The notes beneath the pieces are model-generated. The model had not been told where the DNA came from. It worked only from the letters and a program-made list of their open reading frames with translations, and made no database searches. A stretch of DNA of 19,639 nucleotides, taken from IMG/VR virus record IMGVR_UViG_2700989171_000002; one strand, 5' to 3'. Source of the stretch: a virus. Taxonomy: Duplodnaviria > Heunggongvirae > Uroviricota > Caudoviricetes. Position numbers and translations under genes: made by a program. Shown here in pieces: positions 8,049 to 15,714 of the stretch (positions are counted from its first letter, which is position 1; each line of letters opens with the position of its first letter).

Positions 8049-8264
8049 ATGAGCAACCTACGAAAATATCGAGAGTCACTGAATATCTCTCAAACAACAC
8101 TTGCTAAGGCGGTTGGATGCACACAGGGAGCTATCGGACATTGGGAATCTGGTCGTCGCTTCCCAGACCTTAAAACATGCCGTGCTCTTGTTGCGTGCCT
8201 AAACAAGTTAGGCGCAAAAGTCAGTCTTGATGACGTGTTCCCGCCGGAACACAAAGCCGCTTAA
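8049..8264 (+). CDS. cro: Cro-like HTH repressor (71 aa)
   Basis: Internal ATG at 8049 with GGAGGG RBS. HTH segment ISQTTLAKAVGCTQGAIGHWESG. Divergent from cI across the operator region. Confidence 0.8.
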   Translation: MSNLRKYRESLNISQTTLAKAVGCTQGAIGHWESGRRFPDLKTCRALVACLNKLGAKVSLDDVFPPEHKAA

Positions 8265-8274
8265 TAAGCGGATC

Positions 8275-8309
8275 AGCTCTTTATCAATCTGCACCGCCGA
8301 CAACGCGGT
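8275..8309 (+). promoter_or_regulatory. nutR site: boxA (AGCTCTTTA) plus boxB hairpin (ACCGCCGACAACGCGGU)
   Basis: Immediately downstream of cro. boxB stem ACCGC/GCGGU matches the P22 nutR boxB as remembered. Confidence 0.75.
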
Positions 8310-8373
8310 AACTAATTAATCACTCATCGAAAGATGAGTATTAGTGATTATTTACCTATGGAAATAGTAAGAA

Positions 8374-8670
8374 ATGGAACAAACAAGTTACAGCAAACTA
8401 TCACAGCGCGACGTTGATCGCGCAGAAACAGATTTACTCATCAACCTGTCAACGCTTACCCAGCGCGGTCTGGCAAAGATGATTGGCTGTCATGAATCGA
8501 AGATAAGCAGAACGGACTGGAGATTTATTGCTTCGGTCTTGTGTGCTTTCGGAATGGCATCAGACATCAGTCCGATTAGCAGGGCTTTTAAGTATGCGCT
8601 TGATGGACTCACCAATAAAAAACGCCCGGAGGCAACCGAGCGTTCTGAACAAATCCAGATGGAATTCTGA
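8374..8670 (+). CDS. cII: CII-like transcriptional activator
   Basis: 98-aa ORF. C-terminus LTNKKRPEATERSEQIQMEF is nearly identical to the lambda CII C-terminus (ILTNKKRPAATERSEQIQMEF, from memory). HTH segment at GLAKMIGCHESKISR. Confidence 0.85.
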   Translation: MEQTSYSKLSQRDVDRAETDLLINLSTLTQRGLAKMIGCHESKISRTDWRFIASVLCAFGMASDISPISRAFKYALDGLTNKKRPEATERSEQIQMEF

Positions 8671-8702
8671 GGTCATTACTGGATCAATCCACAGGAGTAA
8701 TT

Positions 8703-8864
8703 ATGACAAAACGTCGTAAGAAATACCAGGAAAAAGAAGAGATTCGACACCCTGATTCACCTGAGGGATTAGTGGTAGCCGCAGCAAATAACAGGGCGTT
8801 CGCAGAGCGCCTTGTTGGTGTTTACAGACTAGCCAAAGCAGGAGTGAAACATGGGCGTCGTTAA
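8703..8864 (+). CDS. Possible small basic protein (53 aa) between cII and the replication initiator
   Basis: Hand translation MTKRRKKYQEKEEIRHPDSPEGLVVAAANNRAFAERLVGVYRLAKAGVKHGRR, ATG preceded by AGGAGT. Below the ORF-track cutoff. Confidence 0.4.
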   Translation: MTKRRKKYQEKEEIRHPDSPEGLVVAAANNRAFAERLVGVYRLAKAGVKHGRR

Positions 8865-8913
8865 GTTAGCTGATTACAGGCATAACCCTGTACAACATCA
8901 GGAGGCATCCAGT

Positions 8914-9741
8914 ATGGGGTATGTCTCTATACACCGCCAGTTTATGGACAGCAGGCTCTATAAGGACTCTCAGGCAGTACATCTTTGGCTTCACTTAATC
9001 CTCAAGGCTAATCACGAATCTACTGTCGTCAATACGGATATCGGTCCGATAACTGTTGATCGCGGTCAGATGATAACTGGACGCCCGTCGCTGGTCAGAG
9101 AAACATTCATTCCAGACAACAAAGTTCGGAGCTTATTACGGACTTTTGAGTCGAAAGGGATGCTTAATATTTGCTCGATGGGGAAGAAATTTAGCCTGTT
9201 TACAATCGTTAAATATGACGATTTTCAGGCAAAAAATTGTCCAACGGTTGTCCAACGGTTGTCCAACGCAAACACCAGTAATGGCGCGTCTCTCAGCGGA
9301 GATTGTCCAACGGTTGTCCAACGGTTGTCCATAAACAATAATATAAATAATATCTCTAATACTGACGTATTAGAGAGTGCCACAGCAGACAAAAAGTCTG
9401 ACAAGAAAAAACCTTCCGTTAGCTGTCAGGATGTTGTCGATGCTTACCACGAAATCCTTCCTGAAGCGCCAAGAATCCGCGCACTGAATGACAAGCGTAA
9501 AAACCAGATCCGAACGTTCTGGCGCAAAGCCGGAGTGATAACCCGCCAGCTTGACGGGCATGGGTTCACGATGCAGGACTGGAGAAATTATTTGAGCTAC
9601 GTAGGCGAAAATTGCCGATGGATGTTCGAAGAGCGTCCAAACCATCAACGCGGAACCGTCTGGCACAAAAAGGGATTTGATTTCCTGCTTAACGATAATA
9701 CCTACCTGAAAGTTCGTGAGGGTGAACACGATGACCGATAA
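8914..9741 (+). CDS. Replication initiator, lambda O-like (P22 gene 18-type), containing the origin iterons
   Basis: Same frame as track ORF 8851..9741, but the ATG at 8914 has a strong AGGAGG RBS; 8851 is an alternative start. The iteron array lies inside the coding sequence, as in lambda O. Its stop overlaps the helicase start. Confidence 0.75.
   Translation: MGYVSIHRQFMDSRLYKDSQAVHLWLHLILKANHESTVVNTDIGPITVDRGQMITGRPSLVRETFIPDNKVRSLLRTFESKGMLNICSMGKKFSLFTIVKYDDFQAKNCPTVVQRLSNANTSNGASLSGDCPTVVQRLSINNNINNISNTDVLESATADKKSDKKKPSVSCQDVVDAYHEILPEAPRIRALNDKRKNQIRTFWRKAGVITRQLDGHGFTMQDWRNYLSYVGENCRWMFEERPNHQRGTVWHKKGFDFLLNDNTYLKVREGEHDDR
9237..9335. repeat. Replication origin iterons: two clusters of three tandem 11-bp direct repeats (TTGTCCAACGG), followed by an AT-rich tract to about 9370
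   Basis: Units at 9237, 9248, 9259 and 9303, 9314, 9325 (last unit degenerate), then ATAAACAATAATATAAATAATATCTCTAAT. Seen directly; in-frame they encode the repeated peptide CPTVVQRLS. Confidence 0.85.
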
Positions 9742-11167
9742 TTTTTATGCGCCGCCCCATAGCATCGAGGCAGAGCAGGCGGTGATTGGTGGATTGCTTC
9801 TGGATGATGACAGCAGTGAGCGCGTCCAGAAAGTTCTGGCGATGCTGAAGCCTGATTCATTTTACAGCCGACCACACAAAATTCTTTTCGAAGAAATAAC
9901 CAGAATGCACCGGGAGCAAAAGCCAGTAGATGGCCTGACGCTTTTCGATGAACTGGAGCGCAAATCGTTAACGGTGTCTGTTGGCGGTTTTGCTTATATC
10001 GCTGAGATCGCAAAGAACACGCCAAGCGCAGCAAACATCGTTGCCTATGCAATGCAGGTTCGTGAAACCGCAATGGAACGCTACGCCATCAACCGCATGA
10101 CTGAAGCGACGGAATTGCTCTATTCCCGCAACGGAATGACTGCAACGCAGAAGTACGAAGCTATTCAGGCGATTTTCACGCAACTGACAGACCATGCAAA
10201 AACCGGATCGCGTCGCGGACTTCGCTCATTTGGTGAGGTCATGGAAGACTGGGTTAGCGACCTTGAGAAGCGATTTGACCCATCAGGCGAACAACGGGGA
10301 ATGAGCACAGGGATCCCATCGCTGGACAGGATGCTGTCACCGAAAGGTCTGGTGAAAGGCTCTCTGTTTGTCATTGGCGCTCGCCCTAAGATGGGGAAAA
10401 CGACGCTATACAGCCAGATGGCAATCAACTGCGCAGTGCATGAGAAAAAGCCCGCTCTGATGTTCAGCCTTGAAATGCCAGGAGACCAGATACTGGAAAA
10501 ACTGGTAGGGCAGAAGTCTGGTGTTAACCCGAATATTTTTTACCTTCCGGCGACAAATGACGCTGATGACGGCTATCAGGGTGATTACGATGGTGACTTC
10601 AACAGGGCGATCGAAACAGCTAATCGTTTGAGTGAAATCGACCTGCTTTACATCGACGACACGCCGGGATTATCTCTGGCTCAAATCGTCAGCGAAAGCC
10701 GTCGAATCAAGCGAGAAAAAGGATGTGTTGGCATGATTCTGGTCGATTACCTGACACTAATGACCGCTGAGAAGGCCGATCGCAACGACCTTGCTTACGG
10801 CATGATCACCAAAGGACTGAAGAACCTTGCCAAAGAGCTTGATTGCGTTGTTGTGCTTCTGACGCAGCTTAACCGCGCACTGGAAAGCCGAACCAATAAA
10901 CGCCCATTACCAAGTGACTCACGAGATACAGGGCAGATTGAACAGGATTGCGATTATTGGGTGGGGATCCATCGTGAAGGTGCTTTTGATGACAGTGTTC
11001 CACCTGGTGAAACCGAACTAATCCTTCGTCTCAATCGTCATGGCAATACCGGCACGGTGTATTGCATTCAGGCAAATGGCGCTATTTATGACACAGACCA
11101 ACAGTCTGCTGAAATGCGCCGCCGTGAACGCGAGGAGCCGCAGTCCAAGAAGAAAGGAGGATTCTGA
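9731..11167 (+). CDS. DnaB-family replicative helicase (P22 gene 12-like)
   Basis: Track ORF 9716 (GTG) to 11167; ATG at 9731 preferred (GAGG RBS, ATGA overlap with the initiator stop). DnaB N-terminal domain, Walker A (GARPKMGKT) and DnaB-type C-terminal motifs. Confidence 0.88.
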   Translation: MTDNFYAPPHSIEAEQAVIGGLLLDDDSSERVQKVLAMLKPDSFYSRPHKILFEEITRMHREQKPVDGLTLFDELERKSLTVSVGGFAYIAEIAKNTPSAANIVAYAMQVRETAMERYAINRMTEATELLYSRNGMTATQKYEAIQAIFTQLTDHAKTGSRRGLRSFGEVMEDWVSDLEKRFDPSGEQRGMSTGIPSLDRMLSPKGLVKGSLFVIGARPKMGKTTLYSQMAINCAVHEKKPALMFSLEMPGDQILEKLVGQKSGVNPNIFYLPATNDADDGYQGDYDGDFNRAIETANRLSEIDLLYIDDTPGLSLAQIVSESRRIKREKGCVGMILVDYLTLMTAEKADRNDLAYGMITKGLKNLAKELDCVVVLLTQLNRALESRTNKRPLPSDSRDTGQIEQDCDYWVGIHREGAFDDSVPPGETELILRLNRHGNTGTVYCIQANGAIYDTDQQSAEMRRREREEPQSKKKGGF

Positions 11168-11196
11168 TGACCATCTACATCACTGAGCTAATAACA

Positions 11197-11227
11197 GGGG
11201 CTATTTACACAGTAGCCCTTTTTTATT
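11197..11227 (+). terminator. Rho-independent terminator (GGGGCUA...UAGCCC followed by UUUUUUAUU), tR2 analogue at the start of the nin region
   Basis: Read directly, about 30 nt after the helicase stop. Confidence 0.65.
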
Positions 11228-11251
11228 GGATTAAGAACGAGGGGGATCCTG

Positions 11252-11464
11252 ATGGACACCGTTAACGGAATGTGTTCAGACGCACCGCGTGCCAAAAAAT
11301 GTAAATGCGGAAAATCACCGACAATATTCGACATGGAGAACGGGTGCCAAATCTACTGCGCTAACCACGCCGCTGTGGCGGCCGCGAATTATCGCAGTGC
11401 GGTAACGGAGTGGAATAACCTGAAATCTGTTAGAGAGGGAAGTCATGAAAAAACTAACCTTTGA
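11252..11464 (+). CDS. Hypothetical Cys-rich small protein (70 aa), NinA position
   Basis: Track ORF with GAGGGGG RBS; CKCG...CQIYCANH suggests metal binding. No family recognised. Confidence 0.55.
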   Translation: MDTVNGMCSDAPRAKKCKCGKSPTIFDMENGCQIYCANHAAVAAANYRSAVTEWNNLKSVREGSHEKTNL

Positions 11465-11885
11465 AATTCGATCCCCAGCACATCAGCAAAACGCTATTCA
11501 CGCGGTACAGCAAATTCTTCCAGACCCAACCAAACCAATCGTAGTAACCATTCAGGAGCGCAACCGCAGCTTAGACCAAAATCGGAAGCTTTGGGCTTGC
11601 CTTGGTGACGTTTCGCGTCAGGTTGAATGGCATGGTCGCTGGCTGGATGCAGAAAGCTGGAAGTGTGTGTTTACCGCAGCATTAAAGCAGCAGGACGTTG
11701 TTCCTAACCTTGCCGGGAATGGCTTTGTGGTAATAGGCCAGTCAACCAGCAGGATGCGTGTAGGCGAATTTGCGGAGCTATTAGAGCTTATACAGGCATT
11801 CGGTACAGAGCGTGGCGTTAAGTGGTCAGACGAAGCGCGACTGGCTCTCGAATGGAAAGCGCGATGGGGAGATCGGGCTGCATGA
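11445..11885 (+). CDS. ninB: NinB (Orf-family recombination protein)
   Basis: 146-aa ORF essentially matching lambda NinB as remembered ([31 protein letters not shown]...). Confidence 0.9.
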   Translation: MKKLTFEIRSPAHQQNAIHAVQQILPDPTKPIVVTIQERNRSLDQNRKLWACLGDVSRQVEWHGRWLDAESWKCVFTAALKQQDVVPNLAGNGFVVIGQSTSRMRVGEFAELLELIQAFGTERGVKWSDEARLALEWKARWGDRAA

Positions 11886-12055
11886 TGCGATGTTATCGGT
11901 GCGGTGAATGCAAAGAAGATAACCGCTTCCGACCAAATCAACCTTACTGGAATCGATGGTGTCTCCGGTGTGAAAGAACACCAACAGGAGTTTTACCACT
12001 ACCGCAGGAAAAGGAGGACGTGTGGCGAGACAGCGACGAAGTATTACTCAAATAG
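11882..12055 (+). CDS. ninD: NinD-like protein (57 aa, Cys-rich)
   Basis: ATG at 11882 overlapping the ninB stop (ATGA). Translation [34 protein letters not shown]...; same length as lambda NinD. Confidence 0.7.
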   Translation: MMRCYRCGECKEDNRFRPNQPYWNRWCLRCERTPTGVLPLPQEKEDVWRDSDEVLLK

Positions 12056-12198
12056 CGTTAGACAACCTGATTTTTACTCCTACCAAACGCACCAAATCCC
12101 GCAAGAAACCAATCCCCACAGAAAGCCAGGTAAAGACATTCGATTATGTCTACGGGCTGTTACAGGCCAAATGGAACCGCATGAGGAAAACAAGGTGA
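12022..12198 (+). CDS. ninE: NinE-like protein (58 aa)
   Basis: GTG start 4 nt after AAGGAGG. Translation [42 protein letters not shown]... resembles lambda NinE (MRRQRRSITDI...PTKRT...KTF, from memory). Confidence 0.65.
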   Translation: MARQRRSITQIALDNLIFTPTKRTKSRKKPIPTESQVKTFDYVYGLLQAKWNRMRKTR

Positions 12199-12368
12199 TT
12201 GACCCAAATCGAAGTTACGAACAAGAAAGCGTCGAGCGGGCTTTAACGTNNNNNNNNNNCTGCGGTCAGAAGCTGCATGTGCTGGAAGTTCACGTGTGCT
12301 CCGATTGCTGCGCAGAACTGATGAGCGATCCGAATAGCTCAATGTACGAGGAAGAAGACGATGAATGA
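12195..12368 (+). CDS. ninF: NinF-like protein (57 aa), interrupted by a 10-nt run of N
   Basis: GTG start overlapping the ninE stop (GTGA). ...ESVERALT[gap]CGQKLHVLEVHVCSDCCAELMSDPNSSMYEEEDDE matches lambda NinF as remembered. Reading frame is preserved across the gap. Confidence 0.7.
   Translation: MIDPNRSYEQESVERALTXXXXCGQKLHVLEVHVCSDCCAELMSDPNSSMYEEEDDE
12250..12259. other. Assembly gap (10 N)
   Basis: Run of N characters inside ninF. Confidence 0.95.
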
Positions 12369-13083
12369 GTTAATAAATGGCAATGCCATCAAAATGACAA
12401 GCATTGAAATCGCTGAGTTGGTGGGTAAGCGTCATGACAATGTGAAACGTACCATCGAAACGCTGGCTAAAAATGGTGTTATCCGGCTTCCTCAAATTGA
12501 GGTTTCCGAAAGAATCAATAACTTAGGGTTCAGTGTTCAGTACGAGCATTACGTCTTCGAAGGCGAACAAGGAAAGCGAGACAGTATTGTCGTTGTAGCC
12601 CAGTTGTCGCCGGAATTCACCGCTCGTCTTGTTGACCGTTGGCGAGAGCTTGAAGAAACTGCGGTTAATATCCCAAAAACGCTACCAGAAGCGTTGCGCC
12701 TTGCTGCTGATCTTGCTGAGCAGAAAATGCAACTGGAAAACCAGCTCGCAATTGCCGCACCTAAAGTTGAGTTTGCCGATCGCGTTGGCGAGGCCAGCGG
12801 AATTTTGATTGGAAACTTTGCAAAGGTTGTTGGAATTGGTCCAAACAAACTGTTTGCGTGGATGCGCGATCACAAAATCCTTATTGCTTCAGGTTCCCGG
12901 CGCAATGTGCCAATGCAGGAATATATGGATCGCGGCTATTTCACAGTGAAAGAAACAGCGGTCAACACAAATCACGGAATACAGATATCGTTCACCACAA
13001 AAATCACCGGGCGTGGTCAACAGTGGCTGACCAGAAAGCTGCTCGATAACGGAATGCTGAAAGTAACAGGGGAGGCTGCTTAA
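12361..13083 (+). CDS. Rha-family N-terminal domain fused to ANT/KilA-C antirepressor-like C-terminal domain
   Basis: 240-aa ORF. N-terminal MTSIEIAELVGKRHDNVKRTIETL resembles the Rha regulatory-protein family; C-terminal FAKVVGIGPNKLFAWMRDHKILI...EYMDRGYF resembles the ANT (KilA-C) domain. Both from memory. Confidence 0.7.
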   Translation: MNELINGNAIKMTSIEIAELVGKRHDNVKRTIETLAKNGVIRLPQIEVSERINNLGFSVQYEHYVFEGEQGKRDSIVVVAQLSPEFTARLVDRWRELEETAVNIPKTLPEALRLAADLAEQKMQLENQLAIAAPKVEFADRVGEASGILIGNFAKVVGIGPNKLFAWMRDHKILIASGSRRNVPMQEYMDRGYFTVKETAVNTNHGIQISFTTKITGRGQQWLTRKLLDNGMLKVTGEAA

Positions 13084-13373
13084 TGGCTAATCTACGCAAA
13101 GAAGCACGCGGCAGAGAATGCCAGGTACGTATTTACGGCGTATGCAATGGCAATCCTGAAACTACAGTTCTGGCACATTACCGGATGGCTGGAATTTGCG
13201 GAACGGGAATGAAGCCTGACGACCTGATCGGCGCATGGGCTTGTAGTGACTGCCACGCGGAGATCGACCGACGCACCCATAATCTCGACAACAAAGACGC
13301 CAGACTTTACCACCTCGAAGGCGTGATCAGGACGCAGGCGATACTGCTGAAGGAGGGGAAGATTAAGCCATGA
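13083..13373 (+). CDS. DUF1364 / YbcO-like protein (96 aa), putative zinc-binding nuclease
   Basis: Resembles DLP12 YbcO as remembered (RGRECQVRI.GVCNGNPET.VLAH...CS.CH.EIDRRTH); same length. Confidence 0.75.
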   Translation: MANLRKEARGRECQVRIYGVCNGNPETTVLAHYRMAGICGTGMKPDDLIGAWACSDCHAEIDRRTHNLDNKDARLYHLEGVIRTQAILLKEGKIKP

Positions 13374-13732
13374 ACGAATATCAGTTTGCGCTTCCTTACC
13401 CGCCGTCGGTGAACACCTACTGGCGAAGACGGGGGAGTCAATACTACATCAGCGATAAAGGCCAGAAATACCGAAAAGACGTTCAGCAAATCATCCGCCA
13501 ACTCAAGTTAGACATTTTCACCAAATCACGACTCCGCATCAAAGTCATCGCAGACGTTCCAGACTCCCGCCGCCGCGACCTCGACAACATCCTGAAAGGT
13601 TTACTCGACTCCCTTATCCACGCCGGATTTGCGGAAGACGACGAGCAATTCGATGACATTCGCGTAATTCGTGGTGTGAAAGTACCAGGCGGACGGCTTG
13701 GAATAAAAATCACCGAACTGGAGAACGTATGA
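13370..13732 (+). CDS. rusA: RusA-family Holliday junction resolvase
   Basis: 120-aa ORF with RusA motifs (LPYPPSVNTYW, DVPDSRRRDLDN, GGRLGIKITEL) comparable to DLP12 RusA. Confidence 0.88.
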   Translation: MNEYQFALPYPPSVNTYWRRRGSQYYISDKGQKYRKDVQQIIRQLKLDIFTKSRLRIKVIADVPDSRRRDLDNILKGLLDSLIHAGFAEDDEQFDDIRVIRGVKVPGGRLGIKITELENV

Positions 13733-13917
13733 ACTCCACAATTCAAACGATACCAGAGCTTCTTATCCAGACACGAGGAAATCAGACCGAAGTGGCGAGG
13801 ATGCTTTCCTGTGCAAGAGGAACAGTGCTCAAGTACAACCGAGACAGCAAAGGCGAACGTCACGTAATAGTTAACGGCGTCCTGATGGTCAAACAGGGCA
13901 AGAGGGGAAGACGATGA
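13729..13917 (+). CDS. ninH: NinH-like small DNA-binding protein
   Basis: 62 aa; TIPELLIQTRGNQTEVARMLSCARGTVLKY parallels lambda NinH (TIPDMLVEAYGNQTEVARRLKCSRGTVRKY, from memory). Confidence 0.8.
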   Translation: MNSTIQTIPELLIQTRGNQTEVARMLSCARGTVLKYNRDSKGERHVIVNGVLMVKQGKRGRR

Positions 13918-14432
13918 GCATAAGAGAACTAAACCTCACCAAAGAGCAGCACGATTGGCTGAATGGATGGCTTGAACTGTGGGGCGCATGGGTTTATTCA
14001 GGTCGTCTGGAAAAGCGCATGAGCAGCGTAATAGCGAAGTTCATGGAGAGCGTAGAGCCGGGAAGAGTTATGACAAGGCCAATGTGTAATGATGATGATG
14101 GAATGTTGATTTCTCAGGTCGTCGATTCCGTCATGTACATTGACAAGAAAGCCTTTGGCATCCTCCTCAGCTACTACGCTCATGGTTCATCTAAGCGAGC
14201 AATTGCATCCTACTATCACGCGACTGCAAAGCCACGCAAGATGTGTGGACGTGGTGGCGAGGGATGGAGAAAACCTTCACTGGCAACCTGTAGAAACGAA
14301 ATTGACGATATCCTGAAAGCGTCGTTATTTGTTTTGTACCAGCCAATGCAAAATGCTTTCAAAATGCGTAAACGTGTTGAGAAAGTTAAGCATATTGCTG
14401 TTAAAAGCCTTGACATGCAATTATCCATTTAG
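13914..14432 (+). CDS. Q: Late-gene antiterminator Q (non-lambda type)
   Basis: 172-aa ORF in the canonical position (after ninH, ending inside the late promoter pR'). Family assignment is positional plus weak resemblance to Q of 21/82-type phages. Confidence 0.65.
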   Translation: MSIRELNLTKEQHDWLNGWLELWGAWVYSGRLEKRMSSVIAKFMESVEPGRVMTRPMCNDDDGMLISQVVDSVMYIDKKAFGILLSYYAHGSSKRAIASYYHATAKPRKMCGRGGEGWRKPSLATCRNEIDDILKASLFVLYQPMQNAFKMRKRVEKVKHIAVKSLDMQLSI

Positions 14433-14439
14433 CCATAAT
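14410..14439 (+). promoter_or_regulatory. Late promoter pR' (-35 TTGACA, 18-nt spacer, -10 CATAAT); the Q utilisation site is expected to overlap
   Basis: Read directly; the -35 lies within the last codons of Q, as in lambda. Confidence 0.6.
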
Positions 14440-14450
14440 TAGAAGGTAAG

Positions 14451-14494
14451 CTGCCGTTAGTGACTCTTAAGTTGCAACGGTGGCTTTTTTATTT
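14451..14494 (+). terminator. tR'-like terminator (stem CUGCCGUU/AACGGUGG with two G-U pairs, then CUUUUUUAUUU)
   Basis: Seen directly; the downstream sequence ATTTGCACAACAGGTAAGAGCATTG resembles the region after lambda tR' as remembered. The hand fold is approximate. Confidence 0.5.
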
Positions 14495-14504
14495 GCACAA
14501 CAGG

Positions 14505-14564
14505 TAAGAGCATTGAACCCGCAGACCTCGCGGAATTGGTTAAAGGTGCCGCGCAGTGCTCTTA
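14505..14564 (+). other. Long inverted repeat (11-bp stem UAAGAGCAUUG / CAGUGCUCUUA) enclosing about 38 nt; structured late-leader RNA element
   Basis: Arms at 14505-14515 and 14554-14564. One U-G wobble, which favours plus-strand RNA pairing. Confidence 0.4.
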
Positions 14565-14775
14565 TCGTTGTGGTGAATGCACAGGCTGATGTGTAAGGGC
14601 AAGAATCTTTCGCTGGATTCGGTGTGGCCACGTAGCCCGCTGTAGGCAGTTGCAGCAAACCGGAGATCAGCACCGGTCGCCACAATCCAAACTGAGCCGT
14701 AGCCACTGGATGTCCTGAATTCATCAGTGATAGTTATGCTGCGGCCTTCTACACATGATCTTCGTGAAAGCGGGT

Positions 14776-14812
14776 GACAGGAGGTCGCGCTAACAACCTC
14801 CTGCCGTTTTGC
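14776..14812 (+). other. Strong GC hairpin (CAGGAGGU...ACCUCCUG) followed by CCGUUUUGCC; terminator-like element in the late leader
   Basis: 8-bp perfect stem with a 10-nt loop, read directly. The U tract is short and interrupted, so terminator function is uncertain. Confidence 0.4.
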
Positions 14813-14910
14813 CCGTGCATATCGGTCACGAACAAATCTGATTACTAAACACAGTAGCCTGGATTTGTTCTATCAGTAATCGACCTTATTCCTAATTAAA
14901 TAGAGCAAAT

Positions 14911-14923
14911 CCCCTTATTGGGG
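14911..14923 (+). promoter_or_regulatory. sdi-like hairpin (CCCC-UUAUU-GGGG) just upstream of the dual-start holin
   Basis: Read directly; occupies the same position as the lambda S sdi structure that sets the holin/antiholin ratio. Confidence 0.5.
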
Positions 14924-14930
14924 CTAAGAC

Positions 14931-15254
14931 ATGAAGATGCCAGAAAAACATGACCTGTTAGCCGCCATTCTCGCGGCAAAGGAACAAGGCATCGGGGCAA
15001 TCCTTGCGTTTGCAATGGCGTACCTTCGCGGCAGATATAATGGCGGTGCGTTTACAAAAACAGTAATCGACGCAACGATGTGCGCCATTATCGCCTGGTT
15101 CATTCGTGACCTTCTCGACTTCGCCGGACTAAGTAGCAATCTCGCTTATATAACGAGCGTGTTTATCGGCTACATCGGTACTGACTCGATTGGTTCGCTT
15201 ATCAAACGCTTCGCTGCTAAAAAAGCCGGAGTAGAAGATGGTGGAAATCAATAA
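14931..15254 (+). CDS. S: Holin/antiholin, lambda S-type (class I), dual start Met1-Lys2-Met3
   Basis: 107-aa ORF essentially matching lambda S as remembered ([39 protein letters not shown]...). Confidence 0.93.
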   Translation: MKMPEKHDLLAAILAAKEQGIGAILAFAMAYLRGRYNGGAFTKTVIDATMCAIIAWFIRDLLDFAGLSSNLAYITSVFIGYIGTDSIGSLIKRFAAKKAGVEDGGNQ

Positions 15255-15714
15255 TCAACGTAAGGCGTTCCTCGATATGCTGGCGTGGTCAGAGGGAACT
15301 GATAACGGACGTCAAAAAACCAGAAATCATGGTTATGACGTCATTGTTGGCGGAGAGCTATTCACTGATTACTCTGATCACCCTCGCAAACTTGTCACGC
15401 TAAATCCGAAACTCAAATCAACAGCCGCCGGACGCTACCAGCTTCTTTCCCGTTGGTGGGATGCCTACCGTAAGCAGCTTGGCCTGAAAGACTTCTCTCC
15501 GAAAAGCCAGGACGCTGTGGCACTGCAACAGATTAAAGAGCGTGGCGCTTTACCGATGATTGATCGCGGTGATATTCGTCAGGCTATCGACCGTTGCAGC
15601 AATATCTGGGCTTCACTGCCTGGCGCTGGTTATGGTCAGTTCGAGCATAAGGCTGACAGCCTGATTGCAAAATTCAAAGAGGCAGGCGGAACGGTCAGAG
15701 AGATTGAGGTATGA
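15238..15714 (+). CDS. R: Endolysin, lambda R-type lytic transglycosylase
   Basis: 158-aa ORF essentially matching lambda R as remembered ([35 protein letters not shown]...). Confidence 0.93.
   Translation: MVEINNQRKAFLDMLAWSEGTDNGRQKTRNHGYDVIVGGELFTDYSDHPRKLVTLNPKLKSTAAGRYQLLSRWWDAYRKQLGLKDFSPKSQDAVALQQIKERGALPMIDRGDIRQAIDRCSNIWASLPGAGYGQFEHKADSLIAKFKEAGGTVREIEV

Noticed and set aside
7878-8264. Track start codons for cro (7878), cI (8012), N (7008), cIII (6036) and several others
   Set aside because: The upstream extensions lack RBSs, run across promoter/operator or nut sequences, and add residues absent from homologues. Internal starts with good RBSs were used instead.
9237-9335. Tandem direct repeats considered as a possible CRISPR-like or minisatellite array
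   Set aside because: Units are only 11 bp, contiguous without spacers, inside a coding sequence and followed by an AT-rich tract: characteristic of replication-origin iterons, not CRISPR.
12250-12259. Runs of N (here and at 18842-18981) considered as biological low-complexity sequence
   Set aside because: N is an ambiguity symbol; these are scaffold or assembly gaps.
14467-14724. 85-aa minus-strand ORF in the Q-S intergenic leader
   Set aside because: Region corresponds to the lambda-like non-coding late leader; the ORF is antisense to late transcription with no convincing RBS.
14440-14930. Searched the Q-S intergenic region for a tRNA gene or toxin cargo, as found in Stx-type lambdoid phages
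   Set aside because: No cloverleaf-compatible sequence with a T-loop motif and no ORF with a start and RBS; the region is a non-coding leader with hairpins only.
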